Shown here piece after piece: positions 18,317 to 27,759 of a stretch of DNA of 64,000 nucleotides (the stretch's first letter is position 1; the number at the start of each line of letters is the position of its first letter). The stretch comes from Dehalococcoidia bacterium (GTDB taxonomy: Bacteria > Chloroflexota > Dehalococcoidia > Plut-88900). Under the pieces are notes generated by a model, which saw only the letters and a program-made list of their open reading frames with translations, made no database searches and was not told where the DNA came from. Location: positions 160,001 through 224,000 of the forward strand of contig OZ240219.1 of the NCBI GenBank assembly GCA_965197645.1, read 5' to 3'. A program made the translations under genes and the position numbers.

Positions 18317-19480
18317 ATGGATTACAAGCTGATATCGGCGGACACTCACCTGGACGTGACCTGGCTTCCGGGCGATCTATTCACCAGTCGCGCCCCCGCT
18401 CACCTCAAGGACAAGATGCCCTATGTGGCAGAGGGAGAAGCCGGCAAGGAGCAATGGGAGATAGAAGGTGAGTTAATGTGCGGCGTCGGAGGCGGGGGGC
18501 TGAGCGGTGAGTTCGCCGATTACGTCCCAGGCGAATCTCATCACCTGGACAGGATGGCGGAGGTGGGGTTCTTCGATGGGGTCAAGGACGGGATCTACCA
18601 TCCCTCGGACGCCGGGCTGCGGGTCAAGGACCAGGACATCGACGGCGTAGACGCCGAAGTGATGTACGGAATCCTCGGAATCGGCGGCGGCGGTTTCTCC
18701 GGCCCCGGATTCAAAGACGACGAGGTCACGACAGCCATCTACGACGCCTACAACGAGTGGGTGGCGGACTTCGTAAGGCCCGAGGCCGACCGCATCGCCG
18801 CCCTGGGATGCTTGAGCAGCCACGACCCGGAGGTTGCCGCCAGGCAGGTGCTCCGAGGCGCTGAGCTGGGACTGCGAGGCGCGGAGATCAACGTCGGCAA
18901 GATGCACAAGCCCGTCTATCACAAGGACTGGGAGGTGCTCTGGCAGGCCTCGTCGGAGACGAATATCCCCATATCCTTCCACACCTTGGGCGTTCCTCAT
19001 CGGACGCCCGATCCCGCGGACGAGGAGGCCTACGAGCGGATAAACATCGGGCTGGGGTACATCCTGTTCCAGCTCTCGGGCGCCGAGTTCCTGTCGAGCA
19101 TAGTGCTCTCCGGCGCCTGCGAACGCAACCCGAACTTCCAGTTCGTGCTCGGTGAGTGCGGCATTGGCTGGATACCCTATATTATCGAGAGAACGGACAT
19201 AGAGTACGCAGACCGGCTCTTCAAGCTGGGCCTGGAGCTGAAACCGAGCGAGTACTGGCGCAGGCAGGGGTACTCCACTTTCCAGGAGGAGTACGTCTCC
19301 ACTGATGAGATCGAGCGGATCGGCATCGACAACATCATGTGGGGCTCCGACTACCCTCATCCCGACGGCGTGTTCCCCGACTCCGTCAAGGCGATATCAG
19401 ATGGAATGGGGCACCTGGACAGTTCGATCCGGCAGAAAATCGTCTGCGATACCGCGGTAAAGGTCTATCAGTTCAACTAG
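18317..19480 (+). CDS. Amidohydrolase family 2 protein (tandem paralog 1)
   Basis: ISADTH, SFH, GECGIGW, WGSDYPH. Confidence 0.92.
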   Translation: MDYKLISADTHLDVTWLPGDLFTSRAPAHLKDKMPYVAEGEAGKEQWEIEGELMCGVGGGGLSGEFADYVPGESHHLDRMAEVGFFDGVKDGIYHPSDAGLRVKDQDIDGVDAEVMYGILGIGGGGFSGPGFKDDEVTTAIYDAYNEWVADFVRPEADRIAALGCLSSHDPEVAARQVLRGAELGLRGAEINVGKMHKPVYHKDWEVLWQASSETNIPISFHTLGVPHRTPDPADEEAYERINIGLGYILFQLSGAEFLSSIVLSGACERNPNFQFVLGECGIGWIPYIIERTDIEYADRLFKLGLELKPSEYWRRQGYSTFQEEYVSTDEIERIGIDNIMWGSDYPHPDGVFPDSVKAISDGMGHLDSSIRQKIVCDTAVKVYQFN

Positions 19481-19512
19481 GCGCCAGGGTAGTTGCTACA
19501 GGAGTTTGGGCC

Positions 19513-20667
19513 ATGAAGTACAGCTTGATTTCCGCCGATACCCACATGGACCTGGTGTACATACCGCCGGAAGTGTTCGTGGAGAATACCCCCTCGGAGC
19601 TCAGGGACAAGGTGCCTAGGGTGGAGGATACGGAAGAGGGGCCATACTGGTTCCTGGAGGGCAACAAGGTTGTCCCCTCCGGAAGCGGCGGCCTCAACAG
19701 CAAGGAGTACACCGAGGGTGAGGCCCATCACATGGACCGGATGGCAGAGGTGGGGTTCTTCGATGATGCCGACAGGGGCGTCTATCGCCCCGGCGACCCG
19801 GAGCTGCGTGTGAAGGATATGGACATGGACGGCGTGGACGCCGAGATGATGTACGGCATCCTGGAGATCGGCGCGGGAAGTTTCCTGGGCCCCAAGGTCG
19901 AAGACCAGGCCGTGCTCAACGCCACCTACGATGTCTACAACCAGTGGGTCGCCGATTTCGTAGGGAAGAATCCCACCCGGATGAACGCCCTGGCCTGTCT
20001 GACTCACCAGGACCCCCAGACGGCTGCAGGACAGCTTCGTCGGGCCGCGGACCTGGGCCTGCGCGGCGCCGAGATACTGGTGCCACAGATGATCAAGCCC
20101 CTCTACCACGATGACTGGGACGTCCTGTGGCAGACCTCGGCCGAGCGCCAGGTGCCCATCTCCTTCCACACCCTTGGTCTCCCCTACGCCGTTCCGGACG
20201 ACAAGGAGCGAGAAGAGTACCGTTACGTCATCAGGGGCGTGGGAGAAGCCATGTTCCAGATCGCAGGCGCCGAGTTCATGGTCAGCGTCATCCTTTCCGG
20301 CGCTTGTGAAAGGTTCCCCGACTTCAAGTTCGTGCTGGGCGAGTGCGGCATCGGCTGGATACCCTATGTCATCGAACGAACGGACGTGGAGTACGCCGAT
20401 CGGCTGTTCCAGCTGGGCCTGGACATGAAGCCCAGCGATTACTGGCACCGCCAGGGCCACTCTACCTTTCAACAGGAGTACGTCACGGTGGACGAGGTGG
20501 AGCGGATAGGCGTCGACAGCATCATGTGGGGCTCCGACTACCCCCACCCCGACGGCGTGTTCCCCGACTCCAAGAAGGTCATCGAACAGGGCCTGGGACA
20601 CCTGCCGGCGGACATCTTCAAGAAGATCACCTGCGATAACGCAGCGGCGCTGTACAGGTTCAACTAG
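19513..20667 (+). CDS. Amidohydrolase family 2 protein (tandem paralog 2)
   Basis: Same motifs; ATG after AGGAG. Confidence 0.92.
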   Translation: MKYSLISADTHMDLVYIPPEVFVENTPSELRDKVPRVEDTEEGPYWFLEGNKVVPSGSGGLNSKEYTEGEAHHMDRMAEVGFFDDADRGVYRPGDPELRVKDMDMDGVDAEMMYGILEIGAGSFLGPKVEDQAVLNATYDVYNQWVADFVGKNPTRMNALACLTHQDPQTAAGQLRRAADLGLRGAEILVPQMIKPLYHDDWDVLWQTSAERQVPISFHTLGLPYAVPDDKEREEYRYVIRGVGEAMFQIAGAEFMVSVILSGACERFPDFKFVLGECGIGWIPYVIERTDVEYADRLFQLGLDMKPSDYWHRQGHSTFQQEYVTVDEVERIGVDSIMWGSDYPHPDGVFPDSKKVIEQGLGHLPADIFKKITCDNAAALYRFN

Positions 20668-20692
20668 CCCGAAAACAGAGGAGGGACCCGGG

Positions 20693-21844
20693 GTGGCGTA
20701 CAACGTGATCTCCGCCGATACTCACCTGGACGTGACGTGGTTGCCGGGAGACGTGTTCGTGGAGAACGCCCCGGCCGGACTCAAAGAGCGGATGCCCCGT
20801 GTGGAGGAGACGGATCGGGGGTCCATGTGGTTTGTCGAAGACGAAGAGATGGCCCGGGTGGGCGGCTTTGTCAAGTACACCCCCGGCCACTCCCGCCACA
20901 TGGACCGCATGGCCGAGGTAGGTTTCTACGACGGTATGGATGAGGGAATCTATCACCCCGCCGTGGCCGAGCTGCGAATCAAGGACCAGGACATCGATGG
21001 GGTGGACGCCGAGGTCATCTACGGCATCCTGGGGATCGGCGGGGGAGGGTTCTCGGGCCCGGGCTTCAAAGACCCCACGGTTACTACGGCTGTCTACGAT
21101 ATCTACAACGAGTGGGTAGCCAACTTTGTGAGGGAGTACCCACAGCGCTTCGCGGCGCTGGCCTGCATCACCAGCCACGATCCATCGACCGCAGCACATC
21201 AGCTGAGGAAGGCCGCGGAATGGGGATTAAGGGGCGCGGAGATGAACGTCTCCAAGATGGTGGTCCCACTCTACTACGAGGAGTGGGACGTACTATGGGC
21301 CGCTTCCAACGAAACCCAGATGCCCATCTCCTTCCACACCCTCGGCCTGCCCAGTCGCAAGCCCGACCCGGACAGGGCGGAGAGGTACTATCACGTCAGC
21401 GATGGGGTCAGAGAGGTGCTGTTCCAGCTATCGGGGGCCGAGTTCCTGACCAGTGCGGTCTACTCCGGCGCCTGCGACCGTTTCCCCGACTTCAAGTTCG
21501 TGCTGGGCGAGTGCGGCATCGGCTGGATACCCTACGTCATCGAGCGGATGGACGACGAGTACGAGGACCGTTATCATCCCATAGGCCTCAGCGGCAAACC
21601 CACCGACTTCTGGTACCGGCAGGGCCACTCCACCTTCCAGAAGGAGTACGTCTCGATGGACCAGGTGCAACGGATAGGCGAGAACAACATCATGTGGGGC
21701 TCGGACTACCCACACCGTGACGGCGTGTTTCCCGATTCGAAAAAAGTGATAGAGGACGGCCTAGGACACCTGGACGAATCGGTACGAAAAAAGATACTGT
21801 GCGAGAACGCAGCCCGACTGTACCGCTTTCCCATGAGCGGGTAG
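20693..21844 (+). CDS. Amidohydrolase family 2 protein (tandem paralog 3)
   Basis: Same motifs; GTG after GGAGG. Confidence 0.92.
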   Translation: MAYNVISADTHLDVTWLPGDVFVENAPAGLKERMPRVEETDRGSMWFVEDEEMARVGGFVKYTPGHSRHMDRMAEVGFYDGMDEGIYHPAVAELRIKDQDIDGVDAEVIYGILGIGGGGFSGPGFKDPTVTTAVYDIYNEWVANFVREYPQRFAALACITSHDPSTAAHQLRKAAEWGLRGAEMNVSKMVVPLYYEEWDVLWAASNETQMPISFHTLGLPSRKPDPDRAERYYHVSDGVREVLFQLSGAEFLTSAVYSGACDRFPDFKFVLGECGIGWIPYVIERMDDEYEDRYHPIGLSGKPTDFWYRQGHSTFQKEYVSMDQVQRIGENNIMWGSDYPHRDGVFPDSKKVIEDGLGHLDESVRKKILCENAARLYRFPMSG

Positions 21845-21985
21845 CGGTCCTGCAGTTAGCATGATCAAAGGGGGCTTACATGTTGATCGTTTGCGGAGGT
21901 TCCCACACTTTCGCATCTTAACCTCGTCTCGGCGACAATAACGGCGCTCTCTAACAAGGGAGCAGAATGCAGAAGGAGCAGATTC

Positions 21986-23227
21986 GTGAAGTTTCAGATT
22001 TTCGTTCTTCCCACCATTCCAGGCATCGTAGAAGACGGTGAACGGCTCAGGCCCATCGGCCGCAACAACGAGAAGTTCCAGGAGATGTTGGACCAGGTGC
22101 GCCAGATAGCCGTTCGGGCAGACGAGCTTGGGTTCGATTGCTTCTCCACAACGGAGCACCACTTCCACTCCGAGGGATACGAATGCTCCGTCGCGCCGCT
22201 GGTGCTCTACTCGGACCTCGCGGCCCGCACCAAGCAGATCAAGTTCGGCCCCTTGGGACTGGTGCTGCCGTCCTGGGACCCGATCCGGTGCGCCGAAGAG
22301 GTGGCCATGTTGGACCACCTGACCAAGGGGAGGGTCATCGCCGGGTTTGCCCGAGGTTACCAGGACAGGTGGGTCAACGTGATGGGCCAGCAGTACAAGT
22401 CCATCGCCTCCCAGTCCGATGAAAGCCAGGGCGACACCCACAACCGGGAGATCTTCGAAGAGGTGTTCCAGATCATCAAGGCCGCATGGACCCAGGACGC
22501 ATTCGATTACAACGGCAAGTTCTACAAGGTCCCCTACCCCTACGAGGAGGGCATCCAGGGTTGGGCGGCTCAGAAGTGGACCAGCACCAACGGGGCCCCA
22601 GGAGAGCTGGACGATCAGGGAGTCATAAGAAAAGTATCGGTCGTGCCCAAGCCCTACCAGCAACCCCACCCGCCTATCTTCAACGCCTTTTCGGTGAGCG
22701 AGTCCACCGTACGATGGGCGGCCAAGGAAGGGACCATCCCCCACATACAGGTATCCCTTCCCGAGTCCTTCAACCGGCTGTGCCACGTCTACCAGGATAT
22801 TGCAGCGGAGTGCGGCAGGGACCTGAAGCTGGGAGAGAGCGTTGGCGCCTCTCGCGTGGCCTACATCGGTGATACCTACGAAGATGCTTACAATCTGGCG
22901 GTGAAGACCCTGGGATGGAGCTTCGCCGTATATTACAACCAGTTCGGTTTCGCGGAAGGGTTCCGATACCCGGGCGAGGACTCGCCCAAGCCGTTGCGCT
23001 TCGCATCGAAGGAGGAGGCCACCGAACGTCTGGTCGACCAGGGCTACGGTTTGGTGGGCACGGTGGACCAGGTCAAGCGGAAGGTGGAGGAGGTGCACCG
23101 CTGTCATGAGGACGGCGAGCTGGAGTGGTTCGGGTTCCTGGTGGACCAGGGAATGTACCCCTTGGAAGAGGTGCTGGAGCAGGTGGAGCTGTTCGGCACC
23201 AAGGTAATGCCAGAGTTCCAGGGTTGA
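21986..23227 (+). CDS. Luciferase-like flavin-dependent monooxygenase (LLM)
   Basis: TEHHFH, AEEVAMLDHLTKGR, PKPYQQPHPP. Confidence 0.92.
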   Translation: MKFQIFVLPTIPGIVEDGERLRPIGRNNEKFQEMLDQVRQIAVRADELGFDCFSTTEHHFHSEGYECSVAPLVLYSDLAARTKQIKFGPLGLVLPSWDPIRCAEEVAMLDHLTKGRVIAGFARGYQDRWVNVMGQQYKSIASQSDESQGDTHNREIFEEVFQIIKAAWTQDAFDYNGKFYKVPYPYEEGIQGWAAQKWTSTNGAPGELDDQGVIRKVSVVPKPYQQPHPPIFNAFSVSESTVRWAAKEGTIPHIQVSLPESFNRLCHVYQDIAAECGRDLKLGESVGASRVAYIGDTYEDAYNLAVKTLGWSFAVYYNQFGFAEGFRYPGEDSPKPLRFASKEEATERLVDQGYGLVGTVDQVKRKVEEVHRCHEDGELEWFGFLVDQGMYPLEEVLEQVELFGTKVMPEFQG

Positions 23228-23328
23228 CTCGAAGAGACTCCTGATTCCTCACTCATTCGGGTCTCGTAGCCTCTTGAACGGCTGGTCCCGACGGTGAGGC
23301 CGATTTAGCCAGGTCAAGGAGCGATGAC

Positions 23329-24099
23329 ATGGCGGGTACCTTCCAAGACAAGGTCGTTTTGGTTACCGGCGGAGCTTCGGGCATCGGGCGGGCCGCCAGC
23401 GTGGCATTTGCCCGTGAAGGAGCGAAGGTGGCCATCGCCGACTTGAACCTTCCGGGCGCCGAAGAAACGGCCCGCATGATAGAGGACACCGGAGGCGTCG
23501 CCACGGCATTCGAGGCCGATGTCAGCAAGTCGGACCAGGTCAGTTCGCTGATCGACAAAGTTGTCCAGTCCTACGGGCGGCTGGACTGCGCCTTCAACAA
23601 TGCCGGCATCATGGGGAGGCCCGGTACCACCGTCGAGTGCACGGAAGAGAACTGGGACAGGGTGATAGCCATCAACCTGAAGAGCGTCTGGCTCTGCATG
23701 AAGTACGAGATACCCCACATGGAGAAACAGGGCGGCGGGTCCATTGTGAACACGGCTTCCATATACGGCCTGGTCGGCGCCGCTGACGGCATCGCCTATA
23801 ACGCCGCCAAGCACGGAGTCATTGGCGTTACCAGGGTAGCGGCCCTGGAGTACGCCACCGCCGGCATCCGGATCAACGCCGTATGTCCCGGCTTTATCCG
23901 GACACCGCTGGCCTTCGAGGGGGGAGTGCCCCCGGATACCGAACCGGAGGTCGAGCAGATGATGTTGTCTCAGACACCCGTGGGACGCCTAGGTGAACCG
24001 GAGGATATCGCCGAAGCGGTGGTCTGGCTAAGCTCCGATGCCGCTTCCTTCGTTACCGGTCACACCATGGCCTCGGATGGCGGGTTCTTGGCCCAATAG
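23329..24099 (+). CDS. Short-chain dehydrogenase/reductase, copy 1
   Basis: TGGASGIG, NNAG, YNAAK. Confidence 0.95.
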   Translation: MAGTFQDKVVLVTGGASGIGRAASVAFAREGAKVAIADLNLPGAEETARMIEDTGGVATAFEADVSKSDQVSSLIDKVVQSYGRLDCAFNNAGIMGRPGTTVECTEENWDRVIAINLKSVWLCMKYEIPHMEKQGGGSIVNTASIYGLVGAADGIAYNAAKHGVIGVTRVAALEYATAGIRINAVCPGFIRTPLAFEGGVPPDTEPEVEQMMLSQTPVGRLGEPEDIAEAVVWLSSDAASFVTGHTMASDGGFLAQ

Positions 24100-24157
24100 C
24101 CGTGTTGATGACCGCGGGTATGGAGAGTCCGGTTTAACCAGGTCAAGGAGCGATGAC

Positions 24158-24934
24158 ATGGAGGCCTCCTTCAAAGACAAGATCGTTCTGGTTACCGGTG
24201 GAGCCTCGGGCATCGGGCGAGCCGCCAGCGTGGCGTTCGCCCGTGAGGGAGCGAAGGTAGCCATTGCCGACGTGGATCTCTCCGGGGCCGAAGAAACGGC
24301 TCGCATAATAGAAAATACCGGAGGCGCTGCCACGGTATTCGAAACCGACGTCAGCAAGTCGGACCAGGTGAAATCGCTGATCGACAGTACCGTCCAGCAC
24401 TACGGGAGGCTTGACTGCGCCTTCAACAACGCCGGAATACTGGGGAGGCCTGGAGGCACCGTCGACTGCACAGAAGAGAACTGGGACAGGGTGATAGACG
24501 TTGACCTAAAGAGCGTCTGGCTCTGCATGAAGTACGAGATACCCCAGATGGAGAAGCAGGGCGGCGGGTCCATCGTGAACACCGCTTCCGTCTACGGCTT
24601 GGCCGGATCCCTGGACAGCATCGTCTATAACGCCGCCAAGCATGGCGTAGTCGGTGTTACCAGGGTGGCTGCCCTGGAGTACGCCACCGCCGGCATAAGG
24701 GTCAACGCCATCTGCCCCGGCTACATCGACACCCCGCTGGACTTCGAAGGGAGAACGCCCGAGGATGCCGACGTTAACGCCGAGGTGGGGCAGATGATGT
24801 TGTCACGGACACCCCTGGGACGCCTGGGCGAGCCGGAGGATATCGCTGAAGCGGTGGTCTGGCTCTCCTCCGATGCCGCTTCCTTCGTCACCGGTCACAC
24901 CATGACCTCGGATGGCGGGTATTTAGCTCAATAG
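24158..24934 (+). CDS. Short-chain dehydrogenase/reductase, copy 2
   Basis: Same motifs, highly similar to copy 1. Confidence 0.95.
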   Translation: MEASFKDKIVLVTGGASGIGRAASVAFAREGAKVAIADVDLSGAEETARIIENTGGAATVFETDVSKSDQVKSLIDSTVQHYGRLDCAFNNAGILGRPGGTVDCTEENWDRVIDVDLKSVWLCMKYEIPQMEKQGGGSIVNTASVYGLAGSLDSIVYNAAKHGVVGVTRVAALEYATAGIRVNAICPGYIDTPLDFEGRTPEDADVNAEVGQMMLSRTPLGRLGEPEDIAEAVVWLSSDAASFVTGHTMTSDGGYLAQ

Positions 24935-25004
24935 CCGTTTCCCCCGCCGCGGGTAAGGGGGGGACAAGCAGCTGCTCCGGCAAAAGCCGGGTGGACCGAT
25001 AGGG

Positions 25005-25031
25005 TTGACAATGTCCTCATTGGGTTATAAT
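25005..25031 (+). promoter_or_regulatory. Sigma70-type promoter of the Rieske oxygenase gene
   Basis: TTGACA-N15-TATAAT (perfect hexamers, short spacer). Confidence 0.55.
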
Positions 25032-25093
25032 TCGCCGATGCTGAATCCGAATTCAACCGAAGCCTCAGGACTACAAGTGGCGCAGGGAGCGAA

Positions 25094-26200
25094 ATGACCA
25101 CTGTACAGACGAAACCCAGATACGGGATGAAGCCCACCCTCCCCAGTCGATACTACTGGGCTGAGGAGGTCTACCAGCAGGAGAAGGAGCGTGTCTTCTA
25201 CGATTCCTGGTTCTGCATCGGACGGGAGCATGAGATACCAAACGCCGGTGATTTCCTGGCCCGGATGGTTGCCGACGAAAGCATCGTGGTAGTACGGGAC
25301 AAGACCGGCCAGATACACGCCTTCTACAACGTTTGCCGGCACCGGGGAAACCGGCTGTGCACCAAGGAGTCCGGCAGGTTCAAAGGGGGCGCCGTCGCCT
25401 GCGGGTATCACGGCTGGACCTACGCCCTCAACGGAGACCTGCTCGCTACTCCCAACATGGCGGACGTCGAGGGTTTCGACAAGGGGGAGTTCCCTCTCTA
25501 TCGGGTGGCTGTCCAGCTCTGGCACGGGTTCATCATGGTCAATCTCTCCGAATCACCCCAGGCCTTCAATCCGGAGCTGGGCGAGATAGGGAGCAAGCTG
25601 GAGCGGTACAATCTGACCAACCTTCGGGCGGCGCACCGGGAGGTGTATGACGTCCGGGCCAACTGGAAGGTCATACTGGAGAACAACGTTGAGTGTTTCC
25701 ACTGTCCGGGAGTCCACCCCGAGCTGTGCGAAATAGTCCCTAGCTTCGGCACAGGAATCATTGGGCAGGAGAATCCGGACGGCGCTCTCCTCATAGAGGG
25801 TGGAAACACCTTCGCTCCACAGGCCAGAACGGGCAGGCCGTCCATCAGCACCACCACGGAGGTGGACCATGGCCGGTTCAGAAGCCTGACCATCTACCCC
25901 AACCTTTTCCTGGGCCTGCTTCCCGATCACGCGTTCGCCCTTTCCAAGTGGCCGACGGGACCGAAGGAGACCAGGATCATCGTCGATTGGCTATTCGAGC
26001 CGGCGACCATCGAGGCGCCCTCCTTCGATCCCAGCGATACGGTGCGATTCTTGGATATCGTGCTTCGCCAGGACTGGGACATATGCGAACAGGTGCAGAA
26101 GGGACTGCAGTCCCGGGCGTTCAAGGCCGGCGTCTATTCTCCGCAGGAACATCTACCCTACAAATTCAATCAATGGATTCTGGAGCGCTTGGAGAGATAA
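25094..26200 (+). CDS. Rieske non-heme iron oxygenase alpha subunit (GbcA/Stc2/CntA-like group)
   Basis: CRHRG...CGYHGW Rieske motif; NWK..ENNVECFHCPGVH; QDWDICE. Confidence 0.92.
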   Translation: MTTVQTKPRYGMKPTLPSRYYWAEEVYQQEKERVFYDSWFCIGREHEIPNAGDFLARMVADESIVVVRDKTGQIHAFYNVCRHRGNRLCTKESGRFKGGAVACGYHGWTYALNGDLLATPNMADVEGFDKGEFPLYRVAVQLWHGFIMVNLSESPQAFNPELGEIGSKLERYNLTNLRAAHREVYDVRANWKVILENNVECFHCPGVHPELCEIVPSFGTGIIGQENPDGALLIEGGNTFAPQARTGRPSISTTTEVDHGRFRSLTIYPNLFLGLLPDHAFALSKWPTGPKETRIIVDWLFEPATIEAPSFDPSDTVRFLDIVLRQDWDICEQVQKGLQSRAFKAGVYSPQEHLPYKFNQWILERLER

Positions 26201-26223
26201 CCGATCAACAGGGGAGGTACGTT

Positions 26224-27453
26224 ATGGCATACGAAGGCAAAGTTATCTCGGGCGATTGTCACATCGATATACCCTGGCTGCCCGCCGATCTGTTCGTGAC
26301 CCAGGGCCCGGCCCATTTGAGGGACCGGATGCCTCAGGTGGTGGACACGGACGATGGGAAGCAGTGGATCGCGGATGGCGCCTACGTGGGCTGGGTGGCC
26401 GGTGCAGGGGTAGGGGCCAAAGCGGGAGCATGGGACCCATACGTGCCCGGGATTTCCAAGAGAATGGACCGGATGGAGGCGAAGGGCTTCTTCTCCGACG
26501 GCGCCAAAGGTCTGTTGCATCCCACCGATCCGGACCTTCGAATCAAAGACCAGGAGATCGATGGCATTGCCGGCGAGGTGATTTACGGCGCCCTGGGCCT
26601 CGGCGGAGGCGGGCTGTTTGAATTCGATGACGACGGCGAAACGGGCAGCGGTGATACCCCTGGAGCCAAGTACAGCATCCATGACCCGGAGGTCATAAAC
26701 GCAGTCTACGAAGTCTACAACGACTGGGTTGCCGGGTTCTGCAAGAGCCGCCCCGGACGTTTCGCTGCTCTGGCCTGCATCAGCGAGCGGGACCCTCAAA
26801 TAGCGATGGCCCAGCTCCGCAAGGGCGCCGAAGCCGGTCTGCAGGGGGCGGAGATAAACATCGCCAGCTCGGTCGACCCCATCTACTACAGAAGCTGGGA
26901 CCCTCTCTGGGAACTGGCCGCCGAGCACAACATGCCGGTATCCTTCCACACGGGGGGCGTTCAGGTCAGATATCCTAGAAAGGAAGACCGGGAGACCTAC
27001 GAGTCGGTCACTCTCGGGGTGGGTTCTACCATGGGCCAGCTGGCCGGTGCAGAGCAGCTCTCCAGTATCATCTTCTCCGGGGCGTGTGATCGATACCCCG
27101 ACTTCAAGTTCGTTCTGGGCGAGTGCGGCATAGGGTGGATACCCTACATCCTATACAGGATGGACGATGAGTACGAGCGGTGGAACTTCCCCGATAGGGG
27201 CCTGCCCCTGAAGCCCTCCGAGTACTGGAGGCGCCAGGGCTACTCCACCTTCCAGGTCGAGTACATGACCAACGAGATGGTGGAGATGACGGGCGAGGAC
27301 AACATCATGTGGGGCTCCGACTATCCGCACGGAGACGGCGTCTGGCCCGACTCCCGAGCGATCATCAACGACAACCTAGGGACCTTGGACGAGGACAAGT
27401 TGAAGAAGATAGTGTGCGACAACACCGCCAAGCTATACGGATTTCCGGCTTAG
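26224..27453 (+). CDS. Amidohydrolase family 2 protein (paralog 4)
   Basis: ISGDCH, GECGIGW, WGSDYPH. Confidence 0.92.
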   Translation: MAYEGKVISGDCHIDIPWLPADLFVTQGPAHLRDRMPQVVDTDDGKQWIADGAYVGWVAGAGVGAKAGAWDPYVPGISKRMDRMEAKGFFSDGAKGLLHPTDPDLRIKDQEIDGIAGEVIYGALGLGGGGLFEFDDDGETGSGDTPGAKYSIHDPEVINAVYEVYNDWVAGFCKSRPGRFAALACISERDPQIAMAQLRKGAEAGLQGAEINIASSVDPIYYRSWDPLWELAAEHNMPVSFHTGGVQVRYPRKEDRETYESVTLGVGSTMGQLAGAEQLSSIIFSGACDRYPDFKFVLGECGIGWIPYILYRMDDEYERWNFPDRGLPLKPSEYWRRQGYSTFQVEYMTNEMVEMTGEDNIMWGSDYPHGDGVWPDSRAIINDNLGTLDEDKLKKIVCDNTAKLYGFPA

Positions 27454-27553
27454 CCCAGGGTTAGAGGCTCTATACTGCCGTGATGCGGGCCAAGCCCTGA
27501 CCCCGGACACTACGGCCTGTCCACATTGAGACCATGCTACCGATTCAGCTTGG

Positions 27554-27733
27554 ATGTCATTCCGAACGCAGTGGGGAATCTAAGGGGTTATCGCGAATAG
27601 CGGCCCGATTCCGTCGGCGACTTGTATGATCCCGGTATTGCGTAACTGAGCCGATAGTTCCGCCTGTGCACGGTGGGCTGGGTACATGGGCTATAGATTC
27701 CTCACTCCGCTGCGCTCCGTTTCGGAATGACAT
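27554..27733. repeat. REP-doublet/REPIN-like palindromic element (family C)
   Basis: Perfect 13-bp terminal IR ATGTCATTCCGAA/TTCGGAATGACAT plus inner IR GTGGGGAATCTA/TAGATTCCTCAC. Confidence 0.75.
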
Positions 27734-27759
27734 TGGAGGCTGGGAGTTTGAAACAGACC

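Noticed and set aside
21761-23107. Long antisense ORFs (also 19477-20703, 43925-45067, 47051-48373, 59939-61177)
   Set aside because: Typical stop-poor shadow frames opposite real genes in high-GC DNA.
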